The notes below the pieces were generated by a model, which saw only the letters and a list, made by a program, of their open reading frames with translations, was not told the DNA's origin and did no database searches. A program made the position numbers and the translations under genes. DNA of 62,995 nucleotides, the filler included, from Octopus bimaculoides (lineage: Eukaryota): the NCBI RefSeq assembly GCF_001194135.2. It is 7 parts of 6 records of this genome, joined end to end, with 100 filler letters (N's around TTAATTAATTAA, not from the genome) between each part and the next. Parts side by side here need not be neighbours in the genome. Positions count along the whole stretch, not along the records: positions 22,135 to 47,675 come from NC_068990.1; 6 more parts are not named here. The stretch is one strand, 5' to 3'. Of the stretch, positions 33,952 through 47,204 are shown piece after piece. The first letter of the stretch is position 1. Every line of letters starts with the position of its first letter.

Positions 33952-36516
33952 TGTCGGAAGTAATAGAGTCATACGAGTTTTCAGTTGGAATCAGTTACGT
34001 GTTATAGCCGAGTTTGAGTTACCATGAAAGTAGACATTTCAAAGTCATTGTCTTGTGGAGCTATCAGCAATAGCACAATTCAAAGATAATAAAACACAGA
34101 ATACTGCCACAACATATTAGTGGTGACAAGAATATCACAGTACTGACAACAACATACAAGTGGACGAAGATCTACATAACAGTGGCGACAAGTATATAAA
34201 CAATTCATGCAGACAACACTGAAAAAAAATTTTTTCACAAGAAAATAAACAATTCACGTGAACAATGTTGAAAAATTTTTCACGTGGAGAAATTAAAAAC
34301 TCGTTGGAGGAGTAACAAACATTTTTGTTTTATATATTTTACAAAAAAATCCATAAAATTATCGAGAATTTGTCAGAGGATTTAATTGAGTTGCAAAATC
34401 AACAACAACAAATGCCACAACTAATTAAGTTAGTTTTTGCATGTAGCAAACTCAATAAATGAATTCAAATATGACCCGGAAGAAGGAATCACTTCCAAGG
34501 CATATTACCGAAGGTTTGAACAAATTTTTGAAAAAGGATGTCAAGATTGGATGGACAAAATGAAAACATCTAATTCTGAGGAAACTGGCAACAATAGAGC
34601 ATGAGAAATACTGTAATTTTATAGGGCCTAAAAATACTTCTGACATAAATTTCATGGACATGATTGACATTTTATGTAGGGTGTTTAGTGAAAGAACATC
34701 ATTATTCAACATATGTTGGAAGTGTTTGAACACTGAGAAAAGCAATGATGAAGACATTACCACATATACAGATAGAGTGAACAGAGAGTGCGAGCGATTT
34801 AAACTGGATAAACTAACTCCAGACTCGTTCAAATGCCTGGACTTACTGCTAAAAAGAACGCAGAAGTCAGAATGAAAATTCTTACAAAGCTGGAAATGAA
34901 CCAGGATATAACTATCCAGAAACTGTCAGAAGAGTGCAATATGATATTAAAAGTAAAGCACAACACAGAAGAAATCCTACACAGAGATTGTTTACAGATA
35001 AACCAGTGTGGAAGAGTTGGAAGACGGATAAAGTGTTTCACAAAAATCACGATATATATCAAGAGATAAACCTATGTATGGCATGTGGTGGTAGGCACCT
35101 GAGAAAAGAGTGTCTGTTCAAAAAAGCGAAGTGTTTTCGTTGTGAGAACACAAGACACATTAAATTGCACTGCAGAACTAAGATGACAAAAAATTGGGCC
35201 AAACAAGAAAAAATAAATAGTTTGTCATCAGAAAAATAGTTTGTACAACAAACAGAAAATTCATAAAGGTGAGAATCAACACCACTAGTGTCAAAATGCA
35301 ATTAGACATAGGTAGTGACGTCACTATCATACATGAAGAAACATGGCAACAAATCGGTAAGCCAAAATTATTTAAATCAAATGAAGTAGCATATGGTGTT
35401 ACAGGAGAGAAATTCTATTTCATCGGCGAATGTATTTGCAATCTAGCTTTCTGAGATGAAATGAAAAGGATAATCATTTATGTGTTGAAAAGATCACTAA
35501 ACCTATTTAGCACAGAATGCATGGAATTATTTAAAATGTGAGATACCTACATTAGTGTTCCCTGTGAAAATGTAACACTTATTTTTAGGCCCAAATGAAA
35601 TGTACCATCTGTGGTGTTGAACCAGGTCAATGAAGAGCTAGAAAGTCTAGCTATAATTGAAAAAGTTAGCCATGCAGACTGGGCAGCTCTGACAGTTTAT
35701 ATAAAGAAAAAAAAAATAATAAACCAAGAGGGTGATCAGACTTTTCAACTGGATTCAACTATCCATTACCAAGTCCAGAAGAAGTGTTCTCAAAACTAAA
35801 TAGACGAAAACTTTTCCCGAAGTTAGACCTCTCAAAGGCTTATCTACAGTTACAGGTAGAGGAAGATTGCACATGCCATTTAACAATCAACACACATCAT
35901 GAACTGTATAGATTCAAGCGGCTTTCTTTTGGAGTAAAAGTGGCACCTGCCATATTCCAATAAGTGATGGACGCAAAGTTAAATGATTGCGACTTTGTTA
36001 TTGCTTATCTCAATGATATTTTGATAAAAAGTGAGTCAGTGGAGCAACATTTCGAACATATCATAGGTGCAGGAGTGGCTGTGTGGTAAGTAGCTTGCTT
36101 ACCAGCCACATGGTTCTGGGTTCAGTCCCACTGCATGGCACCTTGGGCAAGTGTCTTCTACTATAGCCTCGGGCCAACCAAAGCTTTTTGAGTGGATTTG
36201 GTAGATAGAAACTGAAAGAAGCCTGTGGTATTTGTGTGCGTGTGTGTGTGTGTCAAAAGACAAGTCAATTGTTGTAGGAGGTCAGTAGTAGTAGAGTCAT
36301 TGTATGAGTTCTCAGTAGGAGTCGGTGTCAGTTACATGTCATAGTCAAGTTTGAGTTACTGTGAAAGTAGATGTTTCAAAGTCATTGTCTTGCAGGATAG
36401 CATGATTGACAAGTCAAAGATAATAAGACAGAATACCACCACAACATATTAGTGGCAACAACAATATTACAGTGCTGACAACAACATACAAGTGGATGAG
36501 GATTCACATTATAACA
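33952..36516 (+). mobile_element. Decayed Ty3/Gypsy LTR retrotransposon, internally deleted
   Basis: Similar LTRs at 33952-34181 and 36273-36516 (TGT...ACA) and a PBS-like GTGGCGAC. Gag-like frames, CX2CX3-4HX4C knuckles, protease LDIGSDVTII, and RT LDLSKAYLQ...FGVKVAPAIFQ...YLND. No RNase H or integrase. Confidence 0.9.
36069..36232 (+). mobile_element. SINE family A inserted in the Gypsy element
   Basis: CAGGAGTGGCTGTGTGGTAAGTAGCTTGCTTACC..., with several CpG->TpG/CpA changes relative to other copies. Confidence 0.85.
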
Positions 36517-36607
36517 CTTCTTGGACAGGCCCAATGGCTTGTGAATGAATCTTGATAGATGGAAACTATATGGAAATCTGTCACACAAACATGCATTTTA
36601 TGATATA

Positions 36608-37257
36608 CGAAGGCTAGCTGAAAAGTTCATAGGCTGACCAAGATATGAAATCTAACCAAATTAGATTTATTTTCCAACATAGTCCCCACCACCCCTTGTA
36701 ATCCACACTATGGCCCGAGGCTTGAGTAGAAGACACTTGCCCAAGGTGCCATGCAGTGGGACTGAATATTCTCAACTTTCTCATAGGATATGCTGATAGA
36801 ATTGACTATTTGATTTTTCATCAGCTACCTGTCATCAATCACCAAGTGGTGAACACAATATTTTCCTTGGTAGTGGTAACTGCAGGATGTCCAGACCTTG
36901 GATCATCTTCAAAACACTCCCTTCCCCTCCTAAATTCAGCTGCCCACTTTTACTTTGTTGATAAAGCTGGAGCATCATCCCCTAATGTAGCAATCATACT
37001 GGCATGAATGTCCTTGGTGGGGAGCTAAGCCCTTTTGATGCAGGCACTCGATAATACCCCAATGCCAAATTTTGTCCATTTTCAAGAGGAGTTACTACTA
37101 GTTACTTTTGAACTGTTCTTTGAAGTCAGATGTCAGTTTACCTGGAAAGAAACACTGTAGTTATTAATAAGGAGAGTTGAAATCAATGCGTGCAAGATTT
37201 CACAGCTTTAGCATCATCTTTTCATAGTTAGCCTATGAACTTTTCAGCCCAGCCTCA
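36608..37257 (-). mobile_element. Internally deleted mariner with both TIRs and TA flanks
   Basis: TIRs GCTGAAAAGTTCATAGGCT and AGCCTATGAACTTTTCAGC. Minus-strand MDKI...KDIHA.M..TLGDDAP...KWAAEFRRGRECFEDDPRSGHP (N-terminal HTH). A SINE piece is inserted near 36710-36765. Confidence 0.88.
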
Positions 37258-37488
37258 TATATTACTAGCTAAGTAGCCCATCATTGCCAGGCAATTTTCA
37301 CAATAGAATCCCTTTATTTCAATATTTTTTTATTCCATGTCAGACCATGTCTTCTCCAACAGATAGGCAGATTTCTGCATTATTTAGGGTAATTTATAAT
37401 GTCTTGTTAAATGAAGTTTTTTGTTTTTCAATTTGGTGCATAAATGTAAAGATTTTTCTTACTTCTTACTCTTAAATATTCAATATGG

Positions 37489-37890
37489 GTGCAGGAGTGG
37501 CTGTGTGGTAAGTAGCTTGCTTACTGACCACATGGTTCCAGGTTCATTCCCAATGCGTGGCACCTTGGGCAAGTGTCTTCTACTATAGCCTTGGGCCGAC
37601 CAATGCCTTGTGAGTGGATTTGGTAGACGGAAACTGAAGGAAGTCCGTCGTATATATGCATTTATATATATGTATGTGTGTGTATATGTTTGTGTGTCTG
37701 TGTTTGTCCCCCTACCATCGCTTGACAACCGAGGGTAGTGTGTTTACGTCCTCGTAACTTAGCGGTTTGGCAAAAGGACCCGATAGAATAAGTACTAGGC
37801 TTACAAAGAAGAAGTCCTGGGGGTTGATTTGCTCGACTAAAGGCGGCGCTCCAGCATGGCTGCAGTTAAATGACTGAAACAAGTAAAAGA
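37489..37890 (+). mobile_element. Full-length SINE family A
   Basis: tRNA-like head, central domain, (TA/TG)n spacer and tail ending CAGTTAAATGACTGAAACAAGTAAAAGA. Confidence 0.9.
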
Positions 37891-40800
37891 GAGAAAAGAG
37901 AGAATGCAAAGTTGATTATATGTGAAGCAGGGCTCTTTGAAGTGCTTATCATCTAATCAATGCATCCTATGCTCAGGTGTCTCCAGAGACCATGCAACGG
38001 AGACTCATGTGCACATGTCATCAAGTCTATTCTTTCTAAGTTTTGGTGTCTCCAGAGCTCACTGTTGATGCTTTGTGAAGGAATTTTGTCTCTGTTGCAC
38101 ACACATGCATGCACGCAGGCACGCATGAACACGCACACACACGTGCGCGTGTGCATGCATGTGCACACGCACACACATTCAGTCTGAGAGATTTAAATAT
38201 ATAGAGACAGAGTGAGAGAGAGAGAGAAATATATATAGAGAGGGGGAGAGTTTACAATAAGAAAAGCATAAAATACACAGGGAAAGATAGGGAGAGGTAT
38301 GCAGACACACTCATCTTGTGACTGACTTGCATTACATGTTATATGAAGAGAGAGAGGGGGAGCAGCATGCATGAGAGATACACACATACAGAGAGAAAGT
38401 GATGGAGAACATAGAAATATATATAGAGAGAGGAAAGCATAAATAACAGAGAGTCAGATAGATAGAGAAAGTAGATAAACAGACAGTTAAAAGACACAGC
38501 ACACCCACAAACACCCACACATATGTAAACATACACACACTCAGGTAATCAATTGTTTAAGATGGTGGCTTCTAACAACATTCAATATTTGTGATCTGGT
38601 AGTTGAGTTATTTCACATTGCAAATTATATCTTTTATTATTACTAATAACCAAAAATCTTTTCCTTGAGATGCAGATTTCAAAAATCAAATCTGTTTTTC
38701 TCTTGGATGCACCATTTTGGAGCCTTTCAGTGACATTACACACATACAGTCTCATTTATATAGTAGATAATATATATATACATATATATGCATAGTGCGT
38801 GTGTGTGTGTGTGCATGCATGAGCATATGTGAGTATGTGTTACTTTGTGTCTTTTGTAATGACACTGCCTGGCAGTGGTGATATTTTTTTATGTCTCCTA
38901 TAAACAACATGGCTCAAAGTTCAGCAATTTAACATGAGCAGATCAATGGTGCAAAATAGCAAAAAGTACTTTACCCAAAAGCAAGTGAAGATTGATGACT
39001 GGAAGGGTATCCAAACCTAGGCTACTGCCTCATGAGACTCACAAAAGAGATAAAAAGAGATGTTATTGATACACAGTGTACAAGACCCACTCAGCCATGC
39101 TAGCACATCATTAGTGAGCATCTCAAAGCATTATGTGTATGCACATTATACACATAACCGAGTCCCTTCCATGTCTACAACTCCTACTTCCATTCCTTCA
39201 TGCTTCCCCCACCCAGACAACTGGACCTCTCTCCTGAACCACTTTCAGTTGACATCCATTCCTTATTCTTATCACTATGCTACACTGTTGCAGGTATCCA
39301 TCTCTTATTCTTCCCACTGCTCACAACCTTTCACCCCAGTTCTCATCACCCTATCACTCTCCTGTCTATTGTATTATTTTGTTGCTAAACCCAAAACCAT
39401 GTAGTTGCAAAGTAAACTTCATAATCACAAAGCCACAGCTACAGAAATAAAAGGACATGTTACTATGTACTATACCATATCACCATCTCTGTACTGCTAG
39501 TCATCACTCCCTCAATCCTTTGCTACTCCCAGTCAGCATTCATCCTTCATTCTTATTATCTCTCACTCATTTATATTCCACTCTACTTCACTATTCACTA
39601 CATTGATCTGCTGTATACATTTGACCTCCTCCACCCCATGTTTATATCCATCTCTCACTTCCCTCATACATCCTTACAATCTCACCTCCATGGGTCTTCT
39701 GTATCCATGCTCTCTTTTATACATCTCTTGGATATGTTAGCAAGAGGGTATGTTCTGGAGCTCCGTCATCACTATATTTATCTCTCTTTAGACTCCACTC
39801 CAGCCTCCCCCATCCATCCATGTAAAATACAGGTAGACATGAATCTCATCCACACAGTAAACCTGTCCCTGCTCTCCATAGTAAATATCATGGTTGTTCA
39901 CCTATCGCAAACTTGATACTTACTCATCAAAATGGCTTCTTTAGTCTCTTTTTGTCAAATCTATTGATATAGACTTTTGGTAAGTGATTTCAAAGTTCAA
40001 GACAATTAGTAACAGTCTAGAATTAGATAATACATCACTAACATGATTGTATTCTTGAGCAAAACACTTAATTTCACTTTTCTCCACTCCACTCAGCTGG
40101 TGTCCTATTTGGGTGGTGGTGGGGTGTAATCTCAGCTACTTATATACCATGGAAACTGGGTAAGCTCTAGCTTTAGGTGTCCTAGGGCTCATGATAGACC
40201 CTGAGTAATGAGGGATGCTTAAATTAACTACAAATTTAGAAATAATTATTCTTTATTATGGATCTCCACCTTTTCCTGTCCTACATGCAACTCAGCATGT
40301 TAGTGAGTTGGTCATTCTGTAACCAGTCAGTGAGGTCATTGAATATCTTCTATTTCTGTCTTCTCTGGCTTTTTCTTCTTTTCAGTTTCTCATTAGTCAC
40401 CAGTTTGAGAGTTCGAAATTTTGAGAGAGTATGGAAATACCATCACTAATCTCAGGTATATTTTAACTTAGTGTGGTAATATCTATCATGGATTCTAGTT
40501 ATGGCTTTAATGATAGATGCTGGAATGTCTGAGACATACAGAACTTGGAGGAGGACTGGTATCTTGAATGTGTCACACAAGCTCACTGATGTGTGAACAC
40601 TCCCTGAGGTCAAATGAATTTGTTCCTTTGCCTAAAAGTTAAATAGGCCTTGTGCATCAGAAATAGGCTTGGATGAATATAAGACTAGAAGAATAAACTA
40701 TAAATAAACCTGCAGAAAGTAAGAAAATCCCTGCTGTGTCTTTCTCAAGAAAATCATGAATTTCAGATTTCATATGTAGCTGTGGCTTTGTGATTAGGTA

Positions 40801-41104
40801 GCTTGCTTTGCGACTAGATAGTTTGGGGTTCAGTCTCAGTACATAGCATCTTGAGCAATTATCTTGCAGTACAACCTAAGGTCAGCCAATGCATTGTGAG
40901 TGAAATTTGGTAGATGGAAATCATATGGAAGCCTATCATGTGTGTCTATGACTATGTTTGTTTGTGTCCAATGTGGTTTGACAAACTTAAAAATAAATAC
41001 TGGGGCCCATATGATTGTCTAAAACCCTTAGAGGTGGTGCCCAATGACTGAAACCAGTAAAATAATAAATAATTATAAATAAAAATGTTTCCTTCTTTTT
41101 TTAG

Positions 41105-41187
41105 TTTGAGCAAAATGAAAATGCAAAATTAATTGAAAATATCAGCACCTTAAAGAAAACAATTATCCAACATGAAACCCAGTTTAA
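41105..41187 (+). CDS. CCDC89: CCDC89-like exon (phase 0->2)
   Basis: TTCCTTCTTTTTTTAG| ... AA|GTAAGT; FEQNENAKLIENISTLKKTIIQHETQF. Phases match both neighbouring exons. Confidence 0.85.
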
Positions 41188-41234
41188 GTAAGTTTTCTTT
41201 TGCACTCATTGTATGAAATAATGGTATAAAATTT

Positions 41235-41420
41235 TGGCACAAGGCCAGCAGTTTTTGAGGGGAGAAGGAAGTTGATTATATTGACCCTTCTATGTGACTG
41301 GTACTTATTTCATCGACCCTGAAAGGATGAAAGACAAAGTTGATCTTGGCAGAATTTCGACTCAGAATGTAATGACATGAAATGCTGCTAAGTATTTTGT
41401 CCAGCATGCTGACAGTTCAG
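41235..41420 (-). mobile_element. SINE family B
   Basis: Same motif string as 5590-5800. Confidence 0.75.
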
Positions 41421-42535
41421 CAGCTCACTGCCTTATTCAATGTATGAAATAATAGACCTCTATTGTGATAAACTACCTCTATAAACAACACCATCATCAT
41501 CATTGTTTTAGCGCCCACTTTTCCATGCTTGCATGGGTCAGACAAAAATCTGTTGAGGCAGATCCTTTCTGTGTCGGGATGCTCTTCTTGTTGCCAACCC
41601 TCACCTCTTTCCAAGCAAGGTAATATTTACACTAATCCTTCAGTCACTGCCAGCTCAATGACCAGACATATTTCCATGTTTCTATGAAAGATTACCAATA
41701 AATGACACCACTCATATGACAGTAATATTTGTTTACAATAGCATACAAAGTCAAAAAAAGAAGATGCAAATACAGACTCACTCTCTCTCATATATATATC
41801 TATATATATTCATATGATGATATCTCCACAATGTGTTGATGATGAGAAAACATGTAATCGCTACCAATATAGCAAGAGATTTCTCCGCAAAAGTCTAAAG
41901 TAGACTCCTTAAGGATCGATCTCCTTGGTTATATATCAAAAATTTAAATTTAAAAGAGAGTTTTGACGCTGATATCCATTATTATTGAAATTTATTCCTA
42001 TGTCAACATATCTGTATAAGGCTATATTTAGCTGTCAAATTCAAGTCAAACATATAATTTATCTTACACATCTTCAGGGAAAAAGGTAAAGAACAAAAAG
42101 TAAACACCAAAAACGTTCGTCTCTAAGTCCAGTTCATATTCAAATTTCGGATCTTTATGGTTTGACGGCCAACACTTGTTTTCTTAACGAAACACTTTCA
42201 AACTTGGGACACTGGTAGAATGTGTCATACAAAACAACTTTTTCTCTTAGCCTTCTTAACAAAAAATTGTACATCGCAAGTTATTTCATGTTAAAGTTGT
42301 CGTATTTCTGTAATTTCAACCAATCACTGACGTCTATTCAGCTGAATACAGTCAGTGCTCATTTGTAAACAATAATTTTTGGCCGGTCATAAGAATGTTA
42401 TTCCCTGTGACATATTTCATCCGGTTTAATCGTAATTTATACGCATATATTGTATATATAATAAATTACGCTGTGCGTATCTGTGTGTGTAACAATTTTT
42501 CACTAGTACTCAGTAACACATTTTCTAAATGATGG

Positions 42536-42737
42536 TAGAGTTTGATTTGAAGAAGAACTAGAGTTTGGGTTCTAGAGTTAGGGTTAGTTTTAGAGTTACG
42601 GTTAGGGTTATGATTATTTTTGCCATAACCTCACTCATAACCCTAACCCTAACCCCAACCCTAACCCTAACCCCAACCCTAACCCTAACTCTAAAACCTG
42701 AACCCTAACCCTAAACTAGAGTTTGATTTGAAGAAGA
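42536..42737. repeat. Inverted degenerate telomeric arrays, (TTAGGG)n then (CCCTAA)n, flanked by a 21-bp direct repeat
   Basis: TAGAGTTTGATTTGAAGAAGA at 42536 and 42717, with a G-rich arm then a C-rich arm between them. Confidence 0.9.
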
Positions 42738-43419
42738 TTTGGCTGCTATTTCTAGGAAATGAAGCACTTGGTGGAGGTGCATTAATAATTCTGCCAGCTC
42801 CAATAACAAGTGCAGGCAATATTCAAGTATTTTGATGGCTTTTTCCCCTTTGTTTACAAACAGTCTAGTTAATCGGAAATGTCAGAACTAACGGGGATTA
42901 ATACCATACACACCGTCACAGCACTAACTNNNNNNNNNNNNNNNNNNNNNNNNNNNNNNNNNNNNNNNNNNNNNNNNNNNNNNNNNNNNNNNNNNNNNNN
43001 NNNNNNNNNNNNNNNNNNNNNNNNNNNNNNNNNNNNNNNNNNNNNNNNNNNNNNNNNNNNNNNNNNNNNNNNNNNNNNNNNNNNNNNNNNNNNNNNNNNN
43101 NNNNNNNNNNNNNNNNNNNNNNNNNNNNNNNNNNNNNNNNNNNNNNNNNNNNNNNNNNNNNNNNNNNNNNNNNNNNNNNNNNNNNNNNNNNNNNNNNNNN
43201 NNNNNNNNNNNNNNNNNNNNNNNNNNNNNNNNNNNNNNNNNNNNNNNNNNNNNNNNNNNNNNNNNNNNNNNNNNNNNNNNNNNNNNNNNNNNNNNNNNNN
43301 NNNNNNNNNNNNNNNNNNNNNNNNNNNNNNNNNNNNNNNNNNNNNNNNNNNNNNNNNNNNNNNNNNNNNNNNNNNNNNNNNNNNNNNNNNNNNNNNNNNN
43401 NNNNNNNNNNNNNNNNNNN

Positions 43420-43451
<32 letters not shown>

Positions 43452-44724
43452 TTTTATGGTAAAAATATATACACTGGCTGACAGATTTATTCACACATAC
43501 ACAAACACACACACAGATACAACATCAATTTTCCAGAGCCTTCCAGGATTACTGATTTTCCAAACCAGAGGTAGTCACCTTGGTCAACACATTTTAAATT
43601 AAACAAATATTAAATTTATTTAGACAATTAAATGAAATGCAAGTACTTGTACATCAGTATAAATGGTACAAGTTTATTAATACTCTACAGTGCAAGGTAA
43701 TTGTTTACACAAGGTACCAGTACAGTCTGGGGCTGTGGGAATTTAAGTTCCTGCTCATAAATTAGAGCAGAAATTGAAGTTCCAGACCATCATTTCCAGA
43801 AAGTCAGAGTTGTACCTGTCTATCTGTTTGTATGTTTGCATGCATGCTTGCATATCCATTCTGTCTTCTATGTAGTTCTGTCTACTATGTAGTTCTGTCT
43901 ACTAAATCCATTCATGAAGCTTTGGATGACCTGGAGATGCTGTATAATGCATCATTTATGTCTGCTTTCCATGTTGGTATGTGTTGTTTTACATTTTATT
44001 TGGTGTATGTTCCATAACTGGGTACCCTTCCTAATACTAACAACTTTATAGGGTGTTCTAGATGCATTTTACTGTTGAATCATTACATGGGGGGTTGCTT
44101 TTTCACTTTTTTATTTGTATAAATATGTTCTGAAGAAATTTGCATACTCTCAAGGTTGTGTTTCTGTGATATGAATTCTGTTTGAGTTGCTTTAGACCAT
44201 AAGATCTTTGAGTTATCATTTTCAAAATAAGTTGAGCCAACAAGGGTGCCTCTCTGCAGTTGCTTAATATTCTAGAAATAGCAGCCAAATTTCCCTAAGT
44301 ACCACACTGTACAGTCTTAAAAAAGTGTTAGCTACAGTCAGTAAAGCAACTTTTGATACACTTTAATCACGTATTTACTCAGTCAGAAATGACTAGGAGG
44401 ATAGAGATACCAATTTTCATCTACTTTGAAACTCTACCCACCTCCTCCTCTCTCTATATACACAAAATGTCTATTCCAAACTCCTGTCATGTCATCAGCA
44501 TCATTCTATATCTGCTTTTCCAAGCTTGCATGGGTTGGACAAACCTTCTTCAGTAGAGGCCATTTATTGTGGCCTCTTATCAGTAGAGGCTTCTTATCAT
44601 CATGGTTGTGAGGTTCAACACTTACTATCTAGCTAACTTTTATAAGTTTTTAGTGTTAATAAGATTTTGATTAAATTATTTACTCTTGAACATCCATGAT
44701 AGTTTTATTATAAAAAAGGCAGTG

Positions 44725-45010
44725 AGCTGGCAGAATTGTTAGCACGACAGACTAAATGCTTAGCAGCATTTCATCCATCTTTACGTTCTGTGTGCAAATT
44801 CTGCCAAGATCAACTTTGCCTTTCATCCTTTCAGGGTCAATAAATTAAGTACCAGTGAAGCACTGTGGTCGATGTAATCAACTAGTCTCCTCCCATAAAA
44901 TCTGAGGTCAACTTTGATTTTCATCCTTTTGGGATTGATAAAATAAGTACTGGGGTTGAGTAATTGACTTCCCACTCCCCTCAAAAACTGTTGGCCCTGT
45001 GCCAAAATTT
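44725..45010 (+). mobile_element. SINE family B with duplicated internal segment
   Basis: GAGCTGGCAGAATTGTTAGCAC...CTTT(G)CCTTTCATCCTTT occurs twice. Confidence 0.75.
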
Positions 45011-45108
45011 GCAACCATTATTATATTATTCTGCTTGTTCCTGCAGTCTGGCTGTTTTGTCCATGTGTTATGCCAAAGGAGGTAATAACTTGAATAGAGA
45101 AAGATATA

Positions 45109-46453
45109 CAGGGTGTCCATAAAGTTACTTTACAATTTTAAAAATTTAATACAAAGGCAATTGATGGGATATGTTTATCAGATTTGTTCTATGTACTTAG
45201 TGGTTATCAAAGTTTTTAACCAAATTGCATATGTGTTTTACAGGCACTCTGTAGATGAAAAAGGTTCAGTTAAATGAAACCCTAAAAAAATGGCTACTTC
45301 TCATGAAAAGGCACAATGTATATTGTGGTTTATTGAAAAAATATCGAACATAGAGACCCAGTAAAACTACAGGATTAAGGATGGAAGACATCCACCATCA
45401 TGTCCATCAATTCATGTATGGTACAAGAAATTTATGGAAACAGGAACAGTGTTGGATAAAGGGAGGAATGGACGACCAAAATTATCGGAGGAAAACATTG
45501 ATCGTGTAAGACAAGCCTTTGCTAGTTCTACAAAGTTCATATGTACTACTGCCAGACAGTTACAGCTACCACGTTCAACAGTGTACAAAATCGTACACAA
45601 GAACTTGCGATTGCATGCTTCCAAAGTGTAACTCTTACAAGCACTGGAATCAAATGATAAACCCAGACAAAAATAATTTGCAGTTAACACACTGGAATGA
45701 AATTCTGATAATGCAGCATTCCTCACCCAGGTTTGTTTTAGTGATGAGGCAACCTTTCATGTCAACTTGCTGAGGCAGTTACAAATGGCTATCAAGACCA
45801 ACTAAACACACATAATTTGAGGATCTAAGGATCAGAACACCCCCATGTAACTACAGAAATTCACCAAGATAGTCCAAAGGTGAATGTCTGGTGTGGGATG
45901 ATGTGCAATCAAATCACTGGTCCATTTTTCTTCACAGAGAGATCAATTTCTGCAAATGTTTACCTTGACCTTTTGACTGAATATGTGGCACCACAACTTG
46001 ATAACCTTCAACCAACCATCATTTTCCAGCGGAATGGGGCACCACCACACTGTGGACTGCATGTTTGTAGGTTCCTAAATTGAACATTTCCAGACTGGTG
46101 GATTGGAAGGGATGGCCCAATTCCCTGGCCACCTTGTTCCCCGGATATCACTCCCCTAGACTTTTTTCAATGTGGTTATGTTAAAGACATCGTGTATCGA
46201 ACAAAGATACAGGACATCAATTACATGAAGCAAAGGATCACTGATACCATTGCCACCATTGCAACAGCGAACATGGTAAGTAATTGATTATAATCTTGAT
46301 GTTCTTTGTGCAACTAATGGTGCCCATATAAAGATATATTAAATGAGGCAAAAAAAACTTCAATGTCTACTCCGTATTTTATAATAATTTCCACAGATTT
46401 ATCTATTTATTTGCTTTTGTAATAAATTTTTGAAATTGTAAAGAGACACCCTA
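45109..46453 (+). mobile_element. Near full-length Tc1/mariner-superfamily element, DD41D (rosa/Visitor-type), inactive
   Basis: TA|CAGGGTGTC...GACACCCTA|TA termini. Transposase motifs KFMETGTVLDK.R.GRP, FSDEATFHV, SPKVNVWCG, IFQRNGAPPH and WPPCSPDITPLDF; 41 codons counted between the second (mutated to N) and third catalytic positions. Contains stops and frameshifts. Confidence 0.88.
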
Positions 46454-46660
46454 TATATAGAAAGAGAAGTGGGAAGAGAGAAGCAGAAATAGAGGAATTG
46501 TTGAAAAAAATGGGAAAAGAAAACACAAGAGAAAGAGAGAGAAAGAAAGAAAGCAAAGGTCTATATTATTCTGCATCCATGTGATCAAATTGCAGGCACA
46601 ATCAAAATGTTTAACTATGAAACAATATCATGAAAGTCTAAAAATTTATGCATTAAAAGA

Positions 46661-47022
46661 TATGTTGATAGATCAGGACAATGCTCCAGCACACAACTCC
46701 TTGGTTTCAATGGCTGCTGTGTGTGACTGTGGCTTTGGACTGGTTGATAATCCTTGGCCCCATCTGGTTATCATCTGTTCCCCAGTATGGAAAACACTTG
46801 GCTGGGAGCCAGTATCACAATGATGATGATGTCATGTCTGCTGTTGATGACTTTTTTTGATCAAGAGGATGAAAGCTTCTTCACCAATGGGATCCAAGCA
46901 CCACAACACTAAGGGAAGAAGTGTGTGGATGACAAGGGAGACTATGTGGAGAAATAAATTTCATTTGGTCACATCCCATGAGAGTATTGTGGTCAGCCTT
47001 TGAACTTTTCAGCCAACCTTCA
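46661..47022 (+). mobile_element. Mariner 3' fragment with right TIR
   Basis: QDNAPAHNS...APSGYHLFP...FFTNGIQ...KKCVDDKGDYVEK*, then CAGCCTTTGAACTTTTCAGCCAACCTTCA|TA; same TIR family as 36608. Confidence 0.88.
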
Positions 47023-47090
47023 TATGGCTATTTTTATATTGTTTAAATATGAACATGCATTCATTAGTTTCCCATTTGTGATATTTATAG

Positions 47091-47184
47091 AGAGAAAGTT
47101 TATCAGGTTCAGTCTGACGCTTTAGTGATTTCTCTGCAAAAAGAAATTCAAGATGTACAACTCAACTACAAGAAAACACAACGG
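47091..47184 (+). CDS. CCDC89: CCDC89-like exon (phase 2->0)
   Basis: ATATTTATAG| ... CGG|GTAAGC; EKVYQVQSDALVISLQKEIQDVQLNYKKTQR aligns without gaps to the recalled CCDC89 segment [27 protein letters not shown]. Confidence 0.85.
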
Positions 47185-47204
47185 GTAAGCAAACACTAGG
47201 GTCT

